Under the pieces are notes generated by a model. The model saw only the letters and a program-made list of their open reading frames with translations, did no database searches and was not told the DNA's origin. Positions 47,101 through 56,355 of a stretch of 64,000 nucleotides of DNA are shown in pieces (the first letter of the stretch is position 1; the number at the start of each line of letters is the position of its first letter). Source of the DNA: a virus; IMG/VR virus record IMGVR_UViG_3300025108_004223, positions 32,001 through 96,000 of that record; one strand, 5' to 3'. The position numbers were made by a program, and so were the translations under genes.

Positions 47101-47129
47101 ATTATAGCATTTATGGTTATTATAGTCAA
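47101..47129 (-). promoter_or_regulatory. sigma70 promoter
   Basis: TTGACT-17-TATAAT on the - strand. Confidence 0.7.
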
Positions 47130-47136
47130 CCTTTAA

Positions 47137-47466
47137 TTAGATTGAAAGTTTAAAAAGCATAGCTTCTTCTGGGTTTTTAAAGTAAATTGCATGTGAATCA
47201 TCTTGATTTGCATATTTTTTAATTACATAATCCTGTTGAAAACAATGTGTTCTGCACCATCTTGTAGCTTTATCTAATCTTCCTCTGATAGTAACTTCAG
47301 TTGCATCTTTACGCCATTTTGTTTTGTATTCAAATATATCTTGTGGAACAGCGTCTTTAAAATCTAATCCGTATAAACGAATGTTTGTCCTTTCTCGAGG
47401 TGAGTAAAGGGAGAGGTCAACTATCTCTCCCTCCCTCAGCTTGGGCGTAATATAACTACTACGCAT
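47137..47466 (-). CDS. Hypothetical protein (C-terminal FKNPEEAMLFKL motif)
   Basis: ORF; start uncertain (47466 chosen). Confidence 0.6.
   Translation of the reverse strand: MRSSYITPKLREGEIVDLSLYSPRERTNIRLYGLDFKDAVPQDIFEYKTKWRKDATEVTIRGRLDKATRWCRTHCFQQDYVIKKYANQDDSHAIYFKNPEEAMLFKLSI
47409..47431 (-). terminator. Possible terminator after the AAA gene
   Basis: GGGAGAG/CTCTCCC stem with short T-tract; lies inside a predicted CDS. Confidence 0.3.
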
Positions 47467-48595
47467 CAAGCACCAAACGTCCATACCTTGAGAAGTATTC
47501 CTCAAAACGTTCGATTTTGTCTTGCTTAGGCACTAGTTTGTATTGTTGCATTGCAACCCTACTAGCCATGATAACCATTTCAGTTTCAAAGTTATCCATC
47601 ATAAACCCAAGCATGTTTGAAAAACTCTTGTGATATTTGTCCATCTTACCGGACTTCTCACCAGCAATATTACGGTCACGTAGTTCGTAACACATTGAAG
47701 TTGCTAGTGCATATTTGGCACTAATTTCTGTTGACTGCATAGTTTTAACTTTGCCGTCTAGCACTGCTACAGGATCTGGTAAGTCACCTGCAATCTTTCT
47801 ATGTGCCATAAACTTAACTGCAACACCTTCGCCTACACAACCTGCAACTAAATCTGTTTGCAATCCATCGCCTAAGTCATCTGCATCTTCAATAAGTTCT
47901 GAAGTAAATGTCCAAGCCCTTGGTGTAGCAAATCCTCTTGAACTTGATTGAGGATCAAAGTTATAAAGATCGTTTTTAGCAAACGACAAGTAACCTACAA
48001 CGTCTGCATCTATATCATGTTGCACTGCCCAATTCAACCAATCCTGGAAATCAACACGTAGTTCAAAGTGAACAAACCTGTTCTCAAGTGGCTTAGGCAT
48101 TCTATACGTAACACCTTTATCTGTTTCACGATTACCTGCGGCAATCATTACAACGTTATCTGGTAGTTCGTATTGACCAATTCTACGATTTAAAATGAGC
48201 TGGTAACCTGCAGCTTGCACACTTGGTGCGGCAGAGTTCATCTCATCTAGGAACACAATAACAGTATCGTATTGTGCGGCAACTTCTTTGCTAGGCAAAT
48301 CAGCTGGTGGGAGCCACTTCATAACACCTGACTTTACATCAGGAACAGGATAACCACGTAAATCAGTTGGCTCAAACAATGCAAGACGCATATCAATAAC
48401 TAGAGTTGAACCTAGTTCGCCTGAGTCGCCAATGCCTTGCACTAGCTCTGATTTACCAATTCCTGGAGGACCCCATAAAAACACAGGGCGTTTCTTTTTA
48501 AACGCTCGTGTAATGAGGGTCTTTGCTTCACTAATCTTAACGGTACGAGTTTCAGTAATAGTTGACATTTTTTCTTCCTTATTTATAGTTGACAT
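47459..48595 (-). CDS. MoxR/dynein-related AAA+ ATPase
   Basis: GPPGIGKS, FLDEMN, AAGNR, PLENRF, TPRAW. Confidence 0.9.
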   Translation of the reverse strand: MSTINKEEKMSTITETRTVKISEAKTLITRAFKKKRPVFLWGPPGIGKSELVQGIGDSGELGSTLVIDMRLALFEPTDLRGYPVPDVKSGVMKWLPPADLPSKEVAAQYDTVIVFLDEMNSAAPSVQAAGYQLILNRRIGQYELPDNVVMIAAGNRETDKGVTYRMPKPLENRFVHFELRVDFQDWLNWAVQHDIDADVVGYLSFAKNDLYNFDPQSSSRGFATPRAWTFTSELIEDADDLGDGLQTDLVAGCVGEGVAVKFMAHRKIAGDLPDPVAVLDGKVKTMQSTEISAKYALATSMCYELRDRNIAGEKSGKMDKYHKSFSNMLGFMMDNFETEMVIMASRVAMQQYKLVPKQDKIERFEEYFSRYGRLVLDA

Positions 48596-48633
48596 AATTA
48601 CATGTTACAGTATTTAAATACAATTGTCAAGCC

Positions 48634-48786
48634 TTAATTGGCTATATAATGCATTAAATACCACCATGTATACTCCTTGCTGTTTTCAACACCAAACATC
48701 CATAGGACGTCTATCCAACCCATTGCAAATACTAACAATATGCTGTATCCAAATAAATCCATAATTGTATCTTTTAGATGTGTCAT
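48634..48786 (-). CDS. Small membrane protein (50 aa, not in ORF track)
   Basis: RBS AAGG; MTHLKDTIMDLFGYSILLVFAMGWIDVLWMFGVENSKEYTWWYLMHYIAN. Confidence 0.6.
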   Translation of the reverse strand: MTHLKDTIMDLFGYSILLVFAMGWIDVLWMFGVENSKEYTWWYLMHYIAN

Positions 48787-48823
48787 TTTTTTACCTTCTT
48801 TCTTATTTACTTACTATACTTAT

Positions 48824-48852
48824 AGTATACAGTAAGACGTCTTACTTGTCAA
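48824..48852 (-). promoter_or_regulatory. sigma70 promoter with perfect spacer palindrome AGTAAGACGTCTTACT
   Basis: TTGACA-17-TATACT on -; palindrome 48831-48846. Confidence 0.85.
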
Positions 48853-48865
48853 CCTTTTAGGTCAT

Positions 48866-48892
48866 AAAAAAACCCTTGTTTACCAAGGGTTT
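48866..48892 (-). terminator. Intrinsic terminator
   Basis: AAACCCTTG-GTAAA-CAAGGGTTT-TTTT on -. Confidence 0.75.
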
Positions 48893-49036
48893 ATAAGTTT
48901 TTTAATTATTTTTTATGTCTAGGTGGGTAATTAGTCGGCAACATATTACTTTTGCGACTCGGTTTTCTTGCAAACTTTCGCACTTTTTTCTTTTTTAAAC
49001 ATAATAATCGTTTAAGGCTAGTAAGCAACAATTATT

Positions 49037-49360
49037 CTAGTTATTAAATTTAGCAACTAACCTGGCTAAATCTTCCGGTGTTGCTAATCTACTTGGCTTT
49101 GTGGTAGGTTTATCATGCGTTTGTTTTTGTTGATTCTTCTTTAATTTAACTAAAAAAGATCCTGTATTATGTCTGTCTTGTTCAACTGCTACTGTTAATG
49201 GATTTCCATTAACCCAACCTTTTATTTCTTCTGACATTTTTCCATGTCCTGTGATTACAATAATCTTTTTAAAGCCTTTTGCATATGATAATTCAACTGT
49301 ATCATTAAATTGTTTCCATGCATCATGCACTTTTAGTCCATGTAAGTCTAGTTTTTTCAT
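49037..49360 (-). CDS. Smr (small MutS-related) domain protein
   Basis: LDLHG....A, IIVITGHG, GSFLVKL. Confidence 0.85.
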   Translation of the reverse strand: MKKLDLHGLKVHDAWKQFNDTVELSYAKGFKKIIVITGHGKMSEEIKGWVNGNPLTVAVEQDRHNTGSFLVKLKKNQQKQTHDKPTTKPSRLATPEDLARLVAKFNN

Positions 49361-49551
49361 ATCTCTCTTTTTATTACGAATTCCATTCCGTGGGAATTCC
49401 CTACATACACACCGGTCTTTGTTCTTTTAAACCAAAGTGGAACACCGTTGAGTAAAACTCTTAATGAGTTTTTTGTTATGCTTACTATTGTTCCTTCAGC
49501 ATTTGTTTCACTGTCTGTGCAATGAACATTAACTTTGTCGTCAATTTTCAT
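49357..49551 (-). CDS. Small hypothetical protein
   Basis: Coupled ORF, beta-rich (SH3-like). Confidence 0.65.
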   Translation of the reverse strand: MKIDDKVNVHCTDSETNAEGTIVSITKNSLRVLLNGVPLWFKRTKTGVYVGNSHGMEFVIKREI

Positions 49552-49555
49552 TTAG

Positions 49556-50248
49556 TTATAGCCAACTCACATACAAATTTGGATCTGGTCTTTTTAAATT
49601 TGCATGTTCATTTGTTGGAAATATTTTTTGTTTATTAGTTCTTGGATCAAGATAACTTGTTGCTTCATGATCTTTATAACCAATTCCTAACAATACAGTA
49701 GGTTCATCTGGATCGTTATTACCTGGGTTTAATACTTTTGCAATTGTCCTTTTGCTACCTTCCAGTTCGTTCATACAACCACAATAACCTGTGCTGAGTC
49801 CACGTGCTGCAGCACTCCATACTATAAAACTACTTGCAATACCTATTTCCAAGTTAGCCATTCTATTGAAAAAGCCTTCTTTATCTGCACCTTCATACTG
49901 ATCGTATTCTTCATCTTCGACTGGACGTCTAGGAGTAAATGCTAATAACCACGGTGCTAATGTTTGTGGATTACCTAAATCACTTGCTACTGGTAATTCA
50001 CTGTCTCGATGTGTGTTTTCAAATATTGTATGTCTTACTATAACATTGCTCCAGTCTAATACCTTAATAGTATAAGGCATCATTGCTTGTTTGCTTGGCA
50101 CATGATTGTGTAAGTCGTCGAGCATGGATTGAATTGTTTCTTTTGTTACTTCTTTGTCAGACCAAGCAAACGTTGTGCTTCGGTTTTCTAACATCTCTTT
50201 CCATTGTTCCATTGTATTCCCCTTTTTAATCTTTGTTCTTAAAGCCAA
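49556..50248 (-). CDS. Nitroreductase-family flavoprotein
   Basis: LENRSTTFAW, PSKQ, GIASSFIVWSAAARGLSTGYCG, LGIGY. Confidence 0.75.
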   Translation of the reverse strand: MALRTKIKKGNTMEQWKEMLENRSTTFAWSDKEVTKETIQSMLDDLHNHVPSKQAMMPYTIKVLDWSNVIVRHTIFENTHRDSELPVASDLGNPQTLAPWLLAFTPRRPVEDEEYDQYEGADKEGFFNRMANLEIGIASSFIVWSAAARGLSTGYCGCMNELEGSKRTIAKVLNPGNNDPDEPTVLLGIGYKDHEATSYLDPRTNKQKIFPTNEHANLKRPDPNLYVSWL

Positions 50249-50559
50249 CCTTCTGTTCCAGCCAGTCTGGCCATAAATGCATCTTGCTCACTGAACAATA
50301 CCATTACTTGTTTATCAATGTAATATGGATGTTGCATCTTACTTTGTAAGTCCATTAAATTTCCTGCTAATTTTCCTGGTGTTTCTACAGTCCACGATCT
50401 AACATTCTTCTTTAATAAACTACAACCTTTTTTAGTCAATCTCAACGAGCTTGGTGTTTGAAACAAAAGTCTAGCACTATTACCTATTTTTGTTACGTTA
50501 GGTAATAACTTTAGTATTAATTCATTTTGTATCGATTTTATCTCGCTTGACGGTTTCAC
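50239..50559 (-). CDS. Hypothetical protein
   Basis: SLRLTKKG, PYYI, LFSEQDA motifs. Confidence 0.65.
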   Translation of the reverse strand: MKPSSEIKSIQNELILKLLPNVTKIGNSARLLFQTPSSLRLTKKGCSLLKKNVRSWTVETPGKLAGNLMDLQSKMQHPYYIDKQVMVLFSEQDAFMARLAGTEGWL

Positions 50560-50824
50560 CTTCTAATAACCTTACTACTGTAAATGATTCTGTGTTGAAT
50601 TTCTTATTCAATCTATCGGCTAAATTAAAAGCATGGCCACTGTTACTAAAGCTAACTTTTTTATACTTAGGACCTGGATAGTTCACCAGGGTATTCATTG
50701 TTCGTAGATTAATTGGTTTATTATTATGGTAAACGGCATATATTGCCTCGGCGTCTAAGATTTGTTCTGTATTATAATTTTTATCAACAATTTCTAACAT
50801 AATGTTGGGTTTAGGTCTTGCCAT
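50522..50824 (-). CDS. Conserved jumbo-phage hypothetical protein
   Basis: MARPKP...GPKYKKVSFSNSGHAFNLA; RBS GGAG. Confidence 0.75.
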   Translation of the reverse strand: MARPKPNIMLEIVDKNYNTEQILDAEAIYAVYHNNKPINLRTMNTLVNYPGPKYKKVSFSNSGHAFNLADRLNKKFNTESFTVVRLLEGETVKRDKIDTK

Positions 50825-50878
50825 ACTTTTCTCTCTCCTATACTTGTATTTAGCAAGATGGAAGAATTAAGTGCTGTT

Positions 50879-51256
50879 TTATTGGCCAATTAACCTAAAA
50901 TTTACTCCTGAATAAATGTTACAAGTTATTCCACTTTGTATATTAACAATAACAATACTGAACTCACTAGTTTCTTCGTTCAGTGCTAAAACTACCTCAC
51001 TAAACACTTCTGTCGGCATTGTTGCTGTGCCTTGTGCAATAGGTAGTTGTCCACGTTGGTAAAGTATAGCTTGAACCATTTGTGTGCTTGTGCATGGCAC
51101 ATCTCTATTAATTCTAAAGATTTCAGGTAATGTCAATTCTTCTTCTGCTTCTGCTGGTGCTTCTGCTGGAAAAAAATTATCCGCTCTTATATCTGATGCG
51201 AATACCATTACTGTAATAACCATTAGTATTGATACTATTGTTCCTTTAATTGTCAT
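50879..51256 (-). CDS. Secreted hypothetical protein
   Basis: Signal peptide (A-x-A type), two Cys. Confidence 0.65.
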   Translation of the reverse strand: MTIKGTIVSILMVITVMVFASDIRADNFFPAEAPAEAEEELTLPEIFRINRDVPCTSTQMVQAILYQRGQLPIAQGTATMPTEVFSEVVLALNEETSEFSIVIVNIQSGITCNIYSGVNFRLIGQ

Positions 51257-51698
51257 TTTGTTTCGCCTTTTTTAATTGTAGATTCATATCCCATTCTGTA
51301 AAATACGGACCTTGATATTCATATTTGTCTAAAGTTTCTGCCTTTGGACAATATGCATGTTGCCAGCCCATTCCATGATATTTAAGTATGTAATAGCCTG
51401 CGGCATAAACAACTTTACCTGTTTCTGTTTTACGAAATAATGGTAAAGTTTCATGCTCTGTTGGTATAACTATACTGCTATTTGTTGGATAACCATTAAG
51501 TGATTGACTTTCAGATTTAGCATCTATTTTGCGTTCTGCTGTTTTAAATCCATCTAATGATTCTAGCATAGTAATACTTTTATCACGTTGATCAAAAAAT
51601 TCAAAGACATCTTTTTGCCTGCGAATAGTTCCTATTTTACTAGTATCTAATTCAACAATCCAAAACTTGTCTTTGATTAATTCTTTGGTAGTAAACAT
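51246..51698 (-). CDS. Hypothetical protein
   Basis: KFWIV, YAAGYY, CPK..TL..Y.YQGP. Confidence 0.7.
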   Translation of the reverse strand: MFTTKELIKDKFWIVELDTSKIGTIRRQKDVFEFFDQRDKSITMLESLDGFKTAERKIDAKSESQSLNGYPTNSSIVIPTEHETLPLFRKTETGKVVYAAGYYILKYHGMGWQHAYCPKAETLDKYEYQGPYFTEWDMNLQLKKAKQNDN

Positions 51699-52001
51699 TT
51701 AGCCAACTGTTCCAGTCGATACGACTGTGTCAATTTCTTTAACTTCAACAACATTTGCTATACGGAAACTTCTAAATCCTTTAGCATTTGTATCCCATAC
51801 AACAAGAACTTCTTCGTTAATTTTACGAATCTTTTTTTGTGTTAATGGGTCATCTTTTTTAGCTGGCGGCAATGCTTCTGGCATTAGTGTGCATTCCATT
51901 ATACGTTTGTCACCATTAACTTTATTAAAAGTGACTTCCATAATTTGTGTTTTTAGTTTACGTTCTAGTTCTTCACGTTTAATAACTAGTTCAGATGACA
52001 T
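51699..52001 (-). CDS. WYL-like / DUF2693-type SH3-fold protein
   Basis: VTFNKVNGDKRIMECTL...VWD....FRSFR; start moved to 52001. Confidence 0.7.
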   Translation of the reverse strand: MSSELVIKREELERKLKTQIMEVTFNKVNGDKRIMECTLMPEALPPAKKDDPLTQKKIRKINEEVLVVWDTNAKGFRSFRIANVVEVKEIDTVVSTGTVG

Positions 52002-52263
52002 GTCCGGCCTCTCTGATTCTACGTTTCCAGGCACCACCTTGTTTTTGCTCGGTGAGCTGTAGCCTACACCATTGTAGTGTTGGCTCTTTAATGTGTGCTT
52101 CAATTGTAGGGTTAACTTCCATTGACTGGATTAGTTGTTCAATTTGTGTCTGTGTTAAACAATTTAGTGTCATATTTGCCTCTTCTATAGTTTTAGTTTG
52201 AAATGCAGCTTCGTATACACCTGCGTATTTTTTAACTCTTTTTGTGTTTCTTCCGGTTGCCAT
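51991..52263 (-). CDS. Hypothetical protein
   Basis: RBS GGAGG. Confidence 0.55.
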   Translation of the reverse strand: MATGRNTKRVKKYAGVYEAAFQTKTIEEANMTLNCLTQTQIEQLIQSMEVNPTIEAHIKEPTLQWCRLQLTEQKQGGAWKRRIREAGHVI

Positions 52264-52265
52264 TA

Positions 52266-53258
52266 TTATCCTCCATATGATTTGTTAAGATATTCTGCGT
52301 GGTCTTGAGCTCGTTCACTTACTCTAACCATATTCCATTTGCCACAAAACTTCAGAAAATGTATACCTACTTGTGACTTGGATTCTTTTTGCACTTGTTC
52401 AACTATCGCATTGTCAAGCTCTGTTTTAATATCATCTGGCTGTGCGGTTAAATCAATAATGTGCATGTTACGTTGATAGTCTTCCAACACACGATGCTCT
52501 GCACCATTGTGATCAGTCCAACGTTGTAGCATAAAGTTATTCCAGTTATAGCCTTTGTTATCTTTATCAGCAAAGGCTTCCATCATACCTACTTTGTTTT
52601 TAGTGCCTTTCTTACGAGCACCTGGGCATGCACTAAACACATTATCACTAGTGTCACCACGTATACATTTCTCAAACAATAACCATTCTGGATCACCTAT
52701 TTGCTTAGGCTCTTTAGTTTTCTTATCCATAACAGGATTACCTTTATCATCAAAGATACCTTCTGTTGTAATAAGTTGTCCTGTAATACCATTGTATTGT
52801 GTTACATTGTCGTTAAGCAATTGATAAAAGTCACTGTCACTGCTTACAATACAATGTTTATCATTAGGATGATTTTGTATCCAACGTGCAATAAAGTCAT
52901 CTGCTTCGCATTGCGAATTCTGTAATACTGTGCAATTAGTTCTACTTTCAAAGAACACCTTTAGTTCATCAAACGCATTCCAAAACATCTTATCTTCTTC
53001 TTGCTCACGTTCAGTTAGTGCCGCACGTGCTGCCGCCCGATTTGCTTTATAAGGTTCATAAACATCTCTACGCCAACTACGGCCTTCTAAACATAGCACA
53101 ACATGACTACCATTCTGATTACGCCATACCTTTGCAATACTATTAAACATAATATGATATGCCATACCTACTTTGTCTTTTGCGTCTGCTCCACGTTGAA
53201 CTACGTGCCTAGCACGAAAAAACATATTAGCTGCATCTACTAAAATATAACTCAACAT
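52266..53258 (-). CDS. rnh: T4-type RNase H / 5'-3' exonuclease (FEN-like)
   Basis: LVDAANMFFR, EGRSWR, YKANR, EADD, VSSDSDFYQL, GDTSDN. Confidence 0.9.
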   Translation of the reverse strand: MLSYILVDAANMFFRARHVVQRGADAKDKVGMAYHIMFNSIAKVWRNQNGSHVVLCLEGRSWRRDVYEPYKANRAAARAALTEREQEEDKMFWNAFDELKVFFESRTNCTVLQNSQCEADDFIARWIQNHPNDKHCIVSSDSDFYQLLNDNVTQYNGITGQLITTEGIFDDKGNPVMDKKTKEPKQIGDPEWLLFEKCIRGDTSDNVFSACPGARKKGTKNKVGMMEAFADKDNKGYNWNNFMLQRWTDHNGAEHRVLEDYQRNMHIIDLTAQPDDIKTELDNAIVEQVQKESKSQVGIHFLKFCGKWNMVRVSERAQDHAEYLNKSYGG

Positions 53259-53272
53259 TGCTCTCCTAATGA

Positions 53273-53536
53273 TTAAATTTCTTCTGATATTTGTTTACAA
53301 AGTGTAGTAAACCATAAGTCAACAATCTCTTCTTCGTTGTCGCCTGTATAGCCTGCTTCTAACAATTGCTTAACAAATAAGTTATTCCATTCCAATTCAA
53401 AGTATCCATCACCTGGATTCTTTTTATCAAATTTAACTTCCAATACTTTAACATACGGTTCGCCTTTAGCAGTAGCTTTGTCTTTATCAGACATGCCTGG
53501 ATTCTTTTTAAACAATTGCTTAATCTTATTGATCAT
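53273..53536 (-). CDS. Hypothetical protein
   Basis: GEPYVKV..FELEWN..FV..L..GY.G. Confidence 0.7.
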   Translation of the reverse strand: MINKIKQLFKKNPGMSDKDKATAKGEPYVKVLEVKFDKKNPGDGYFELEWNNLFVKQLLEAGYTGDNEEEIVDLWFTTLCKQISEEI

Positions 53537-53558
53537 GCTTTTCTCCTAATGTGTTACT

Positions 53559-53587
53559 ATTATAAGACATCTTGAGATGTTTGTCAA
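53559..53587 (-). promoter_or_regulatory. sigma70 promoter containing AAGATGTCTT
   Basis: TTGACA-17-TATAAT on -; palindrome 53564-53573 overlapping the -10 box. Confidence 0.8.
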
Positions 53588-53595
53588 GTGATAGT

Positions 53596-54684
53596 TTACC
53601 ACCCAATTTTCTCCCAAGGAACATCTTTGTTGCCAAAGTGACCATACACACAATTCTCACTATAGCGATAGAAGTTATACATATCAAACCTGTCAATAAT
53701 ACCTTTAGGTGTTAGGTCGATATTCTCTTCAATAAACTTTTGAATAGTTCTGTTATGTCCATTTGAATCTACATAGATACTTGTTGGTTGTTTTACACCA
53801 ATAGCATACGACAATTGGACTTGACACCAATCTGCCATGTTATCAGCTACAACATTCTTTGCTAACCATCGTGCCATGTAGGTTGCACTTCTGTCGACTT
53901 TTGTGGGGTCTTTTCCACTAAAAGCGCCACCGCCATGGGGAGCAAAGCCACCATAAGTATCAACGATAATCTTACGGCCGGTAAGTCCTGTGTCGCCATC
54001 AGGACCACCAATGACAAAATTGCCTGTAGGATTAATATGCCATGTAGTGTCTTCATCTATTAAATCTCCCATTACGCTATTGACTGCTTCTTTTACTGGT
54101 GCTTTAAGACTGTGCATAAAGCCCTTTTTATGTTGTGTGCTTACAACTATTTGATCTGCACGTTGAACTTGTCCGCCAACGTATTGAATACTTACTTGAG
54201 ATTTAGCATCTGGCAGTAAGAAATCATATCCATCTAATCGAAGTTCTTTTAGTTTCTTTAGAATTTCGTGTGAGTAATAAATCGGTGCTGGTAGCATTGC
54301 ATCGTTTTCGTTACTAGCATAGCCAAACATAATGCCTTGGTCGCCTGCGCCAAAGTCGTCTGTTCCCAATCCAATGTCACCTGACTGTGAGTGTATCTCG
54401 TTATAAATGTCTAAGTAATCCCAATGAAATCCATCTTGTTCGTATCCAATTTCTTTAACTTTGTCAATTACGATTTGTTTTACTTCGTCTTTTCTTACGT
54501 TAAAGTTCTTTACTTCACCCGCCAACGTTACATGGTTGGTAGTTACAAGTGTTTCAATTGCCACACGTGTAGTTTCATCACCGTTCTTTAACCCGGCATC
54601 AACTAGTGCGTCAGAGATTTGATCTGATACTTTATCAGGATGTCCATCACTTACACTTTCGCTTGTAAAAATATAGTTATTCAT
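53596..54684 (-). CDS. metK: S-adenosylmethionine synthetase
   Basis: FTSESVSDGHPDK, GAGDQG, PDAKSQV, INPTG.FVIGGP.GD.GLTGRKIIVDTYGG, GGAFSGKD.TKVDRS. Confidence 0.97.
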   Translation of the reverse strand: MNNYIFTSESVSDGHPDKVSDQISDALVDAGLKNGDETTRVAIETLVTTNHVTLAGEVKNFNVRKDEVKQIVIDKVKEIGYEQDGFHWDYLDIYNEIHSQSGDIGLGTDDFGAGDQGIMFGYASNENDAMLPAPIYYSHEILKKLKELRLDGYDFLLPDAKSQVSIQYVGGQVQRADQIVVSTQHKKGFMHSLKAPVKEAVNSVMGDLIDEDTTWHINPTGNFVIGGPDGDTGLTGRKIIVDTYGGFAPHGGGAFSGKDPTKVDRSATYMARWLAKNVVADNMADWCQVQLSYAIGVKQPTSIYVDSNGHNRTIQKFIEENIDLTPKGIIDRFDMYNFYRYSENCVYGHFGNKDVPWEKIGW

Positions 54685-54692
54685 AGTTTATT

Positions 54693-55811
54693 TTATCCTT
54701 TGTTTTTGGTAAAGACATATATGCCTTCCCATTTTTCTCGGCCTTCTTTTTTATCATTGCCAACACCAGGCCTAGTGTTTAGCATCATCTTAATTGTTGT
54801 GTCATGTTTGAATCCAAGTTGCTCTGCAAGTTCAATCCATCTATCCACGACAAAGTATTCTTTGTTTCCATATGATTTATAGTCTGCAATATTTGTAGCA
54901 AATATTCCATCACTGTTTAATCCTTTGTGTATCTGTTGCATTGTTGGTGCAACATACCCATCAAACCAATCATCCATTGTAGTATGTTTAACCATACATT
55001 GAGTAGGCTCATCACTATACTTTTCTAAATTAAAGTATGGTGGACTACTAAATGCTAAGTCAATATTCTCGCATTGATAATCTTCTGAAGGACTGCAAAT
55101 GATTTCTGCATCGTTGGTTAGCAAACTATCTAAGTATTTTAAATACTCAAATGTTTGTGTGTTAGGGTCTGTGCCTATGTATTTATAGTTCATGTTGCTA
55201 CTGGTTATTCCAAGTAGCCTTCCACCATAACCACAGCTATAATCGTAAATACGACCCCATAACACCGGGCATAAACGCTCTGCAATAGCTCTAGCATGTT
55301 GTGGCTTAAAGTTTTGCACGTTCTCGCCTGTAACAAGCTCTAAGCTTCTACGCATTGCTGTTGGGTATACTAACTTGTTTCCTTCTCTAAATTCAAAGCA
55401 GATACGTATAGCACGTTTAAGTTTCGCATCGTCTCGAAACCTATCCATTAAACTGTTTGAGCCTCTTCCTTTTGGCTCCGCTGTCTGCATGTTTGTGAAT
55501 ACAAAACGATTAATTGTTTGTCCTTGATTGTTACCAAGTCCTAATACATTTTGTTCAACTTTCTTATATGATGTGCGTTTAAAGTTCTTTAGTGCTTCAC
55601 GTAATCCTGCTTCTGTGTAATAGACAATAGGAACAATATCTCGTTTACGATATATATCAAATACTTTGTCTATTGTTCCAGGTCCATCTGCTTCGTAAAC
55701 CTCTGCGGTGAATGTATCTAATTCTTCGTATAGGTCTTCGTATCCTGTAAACTCATCTGCAAAGATGTGTTCCGGCTTAATGTTCCAAAACTTGTGTATC
55801 TCATCGATCAA
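54693..55811 (-). CDS. DNA amino-methyltransferase (N6-A/N4-C type)
   Basis: Motif I YDYSCGYGGRLLG, motif IV FSSPPYFN. Confidence 0.75.
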   Translation of the reverse strand: MIDEIHKFWNIKPEHIFADEFTGYEDLYEELDTFTAEVYEADGPGTIDKVFDIYRKRDIVPIVYYTEAGLREALKNFKRTSYKKVEQNVLGLGNNQGQTINRFVFTNMQTAEPKGRGSNSLMDRFRDDAKLKRAIRICFEFREGNKLVYPTAMRRSLELVTGENVQNFKPQHARAIAERLCPVLWGRIYDYSCGYGGRLLGITSSNMNYKYIGTDPNTQTFEYLKYLDSLLTNDAEIICSPSEDYQCENIDLAFSSPPYFNLEKYSDEPTQCMVKHTTMDDWFDGYVAPTMQQIHKGLNSDGIFATNIADYKSYGNKEYFVVDRWIELAEQLGFKHDTTIKMMLNTRPGVGNDKKEGREKWEGIYVFTKNKG

Positions 55812-55813
55812 TG

Positions 55814-56122
55814 TTAGGCTCCAAAGTAATACTTCAGTAAGCCCGTAAAGATTAGTGTAACTAAAACACCATTAAGCAATACCAATGCTCTATCATGCCA
55901 TAACATACCAACCCATAGCCAACCAATAGTTCCAAACAATCCAAACCATAAGTCAACATGTGGCATTGTTCCTGTAGCTCTAGCTGATGTGGCTACTAAA
56001 ATTAGTATAACTGATATCCATTTGACATACCATGACATGTCATACTTGGGTGTTATTTTTTTAAATACCCTTGTAGAATCTAGTTCTTTAATTTTATCAT
56101 CTAGTTTGATTCGTTTATTCAT
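55814..56122 (-). CDS. Small membrane protein
   Basis: 3 TM; W.GMLWHDRAL..LN. Confidence 0.7.
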   Translation of the reverse strand: MNKRIKLDDKIKELDSTRVFKKITPKYDMSWYVKWISVILILVATSARATGTMPHVDLWFGLFGTIGWLWVGMLWHDRALVLLNGVLVTLIFTGLLKYYFGA

Positions 56123-56325
56123 TAGTGAACTGAAGGTCCTTTTGTTGGTATGTCAATGTGTTCTGCTGACGCACCTATATGGTCTGTTAGCATTTTAAAG
56201 TCTTCTTCGCTTAGTATAATTTTATAAATCTTAAGAGCTTGTGCCATCATTATACCTGCAACCATTAATGGATCTTCATTTGCTGTTATGTTTTCAATTT
56301 TTCTATATAATTCTTCCATTACCAA
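56122..56325 (-). CDS. Small hypothetical protein
   Basis: Coupled ORF. Confidence 0.6.
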   Translation of the reverse strand: MVMEELYRKIENITANEDPLMVAGIMMAQALKIYKIILSEEDFKMLTDHIGASAEHIDIPTKGPSVH

Positions 56326-56355
56326 CCTGCTTCTCTAATTTTATCTTCGTAGCTC

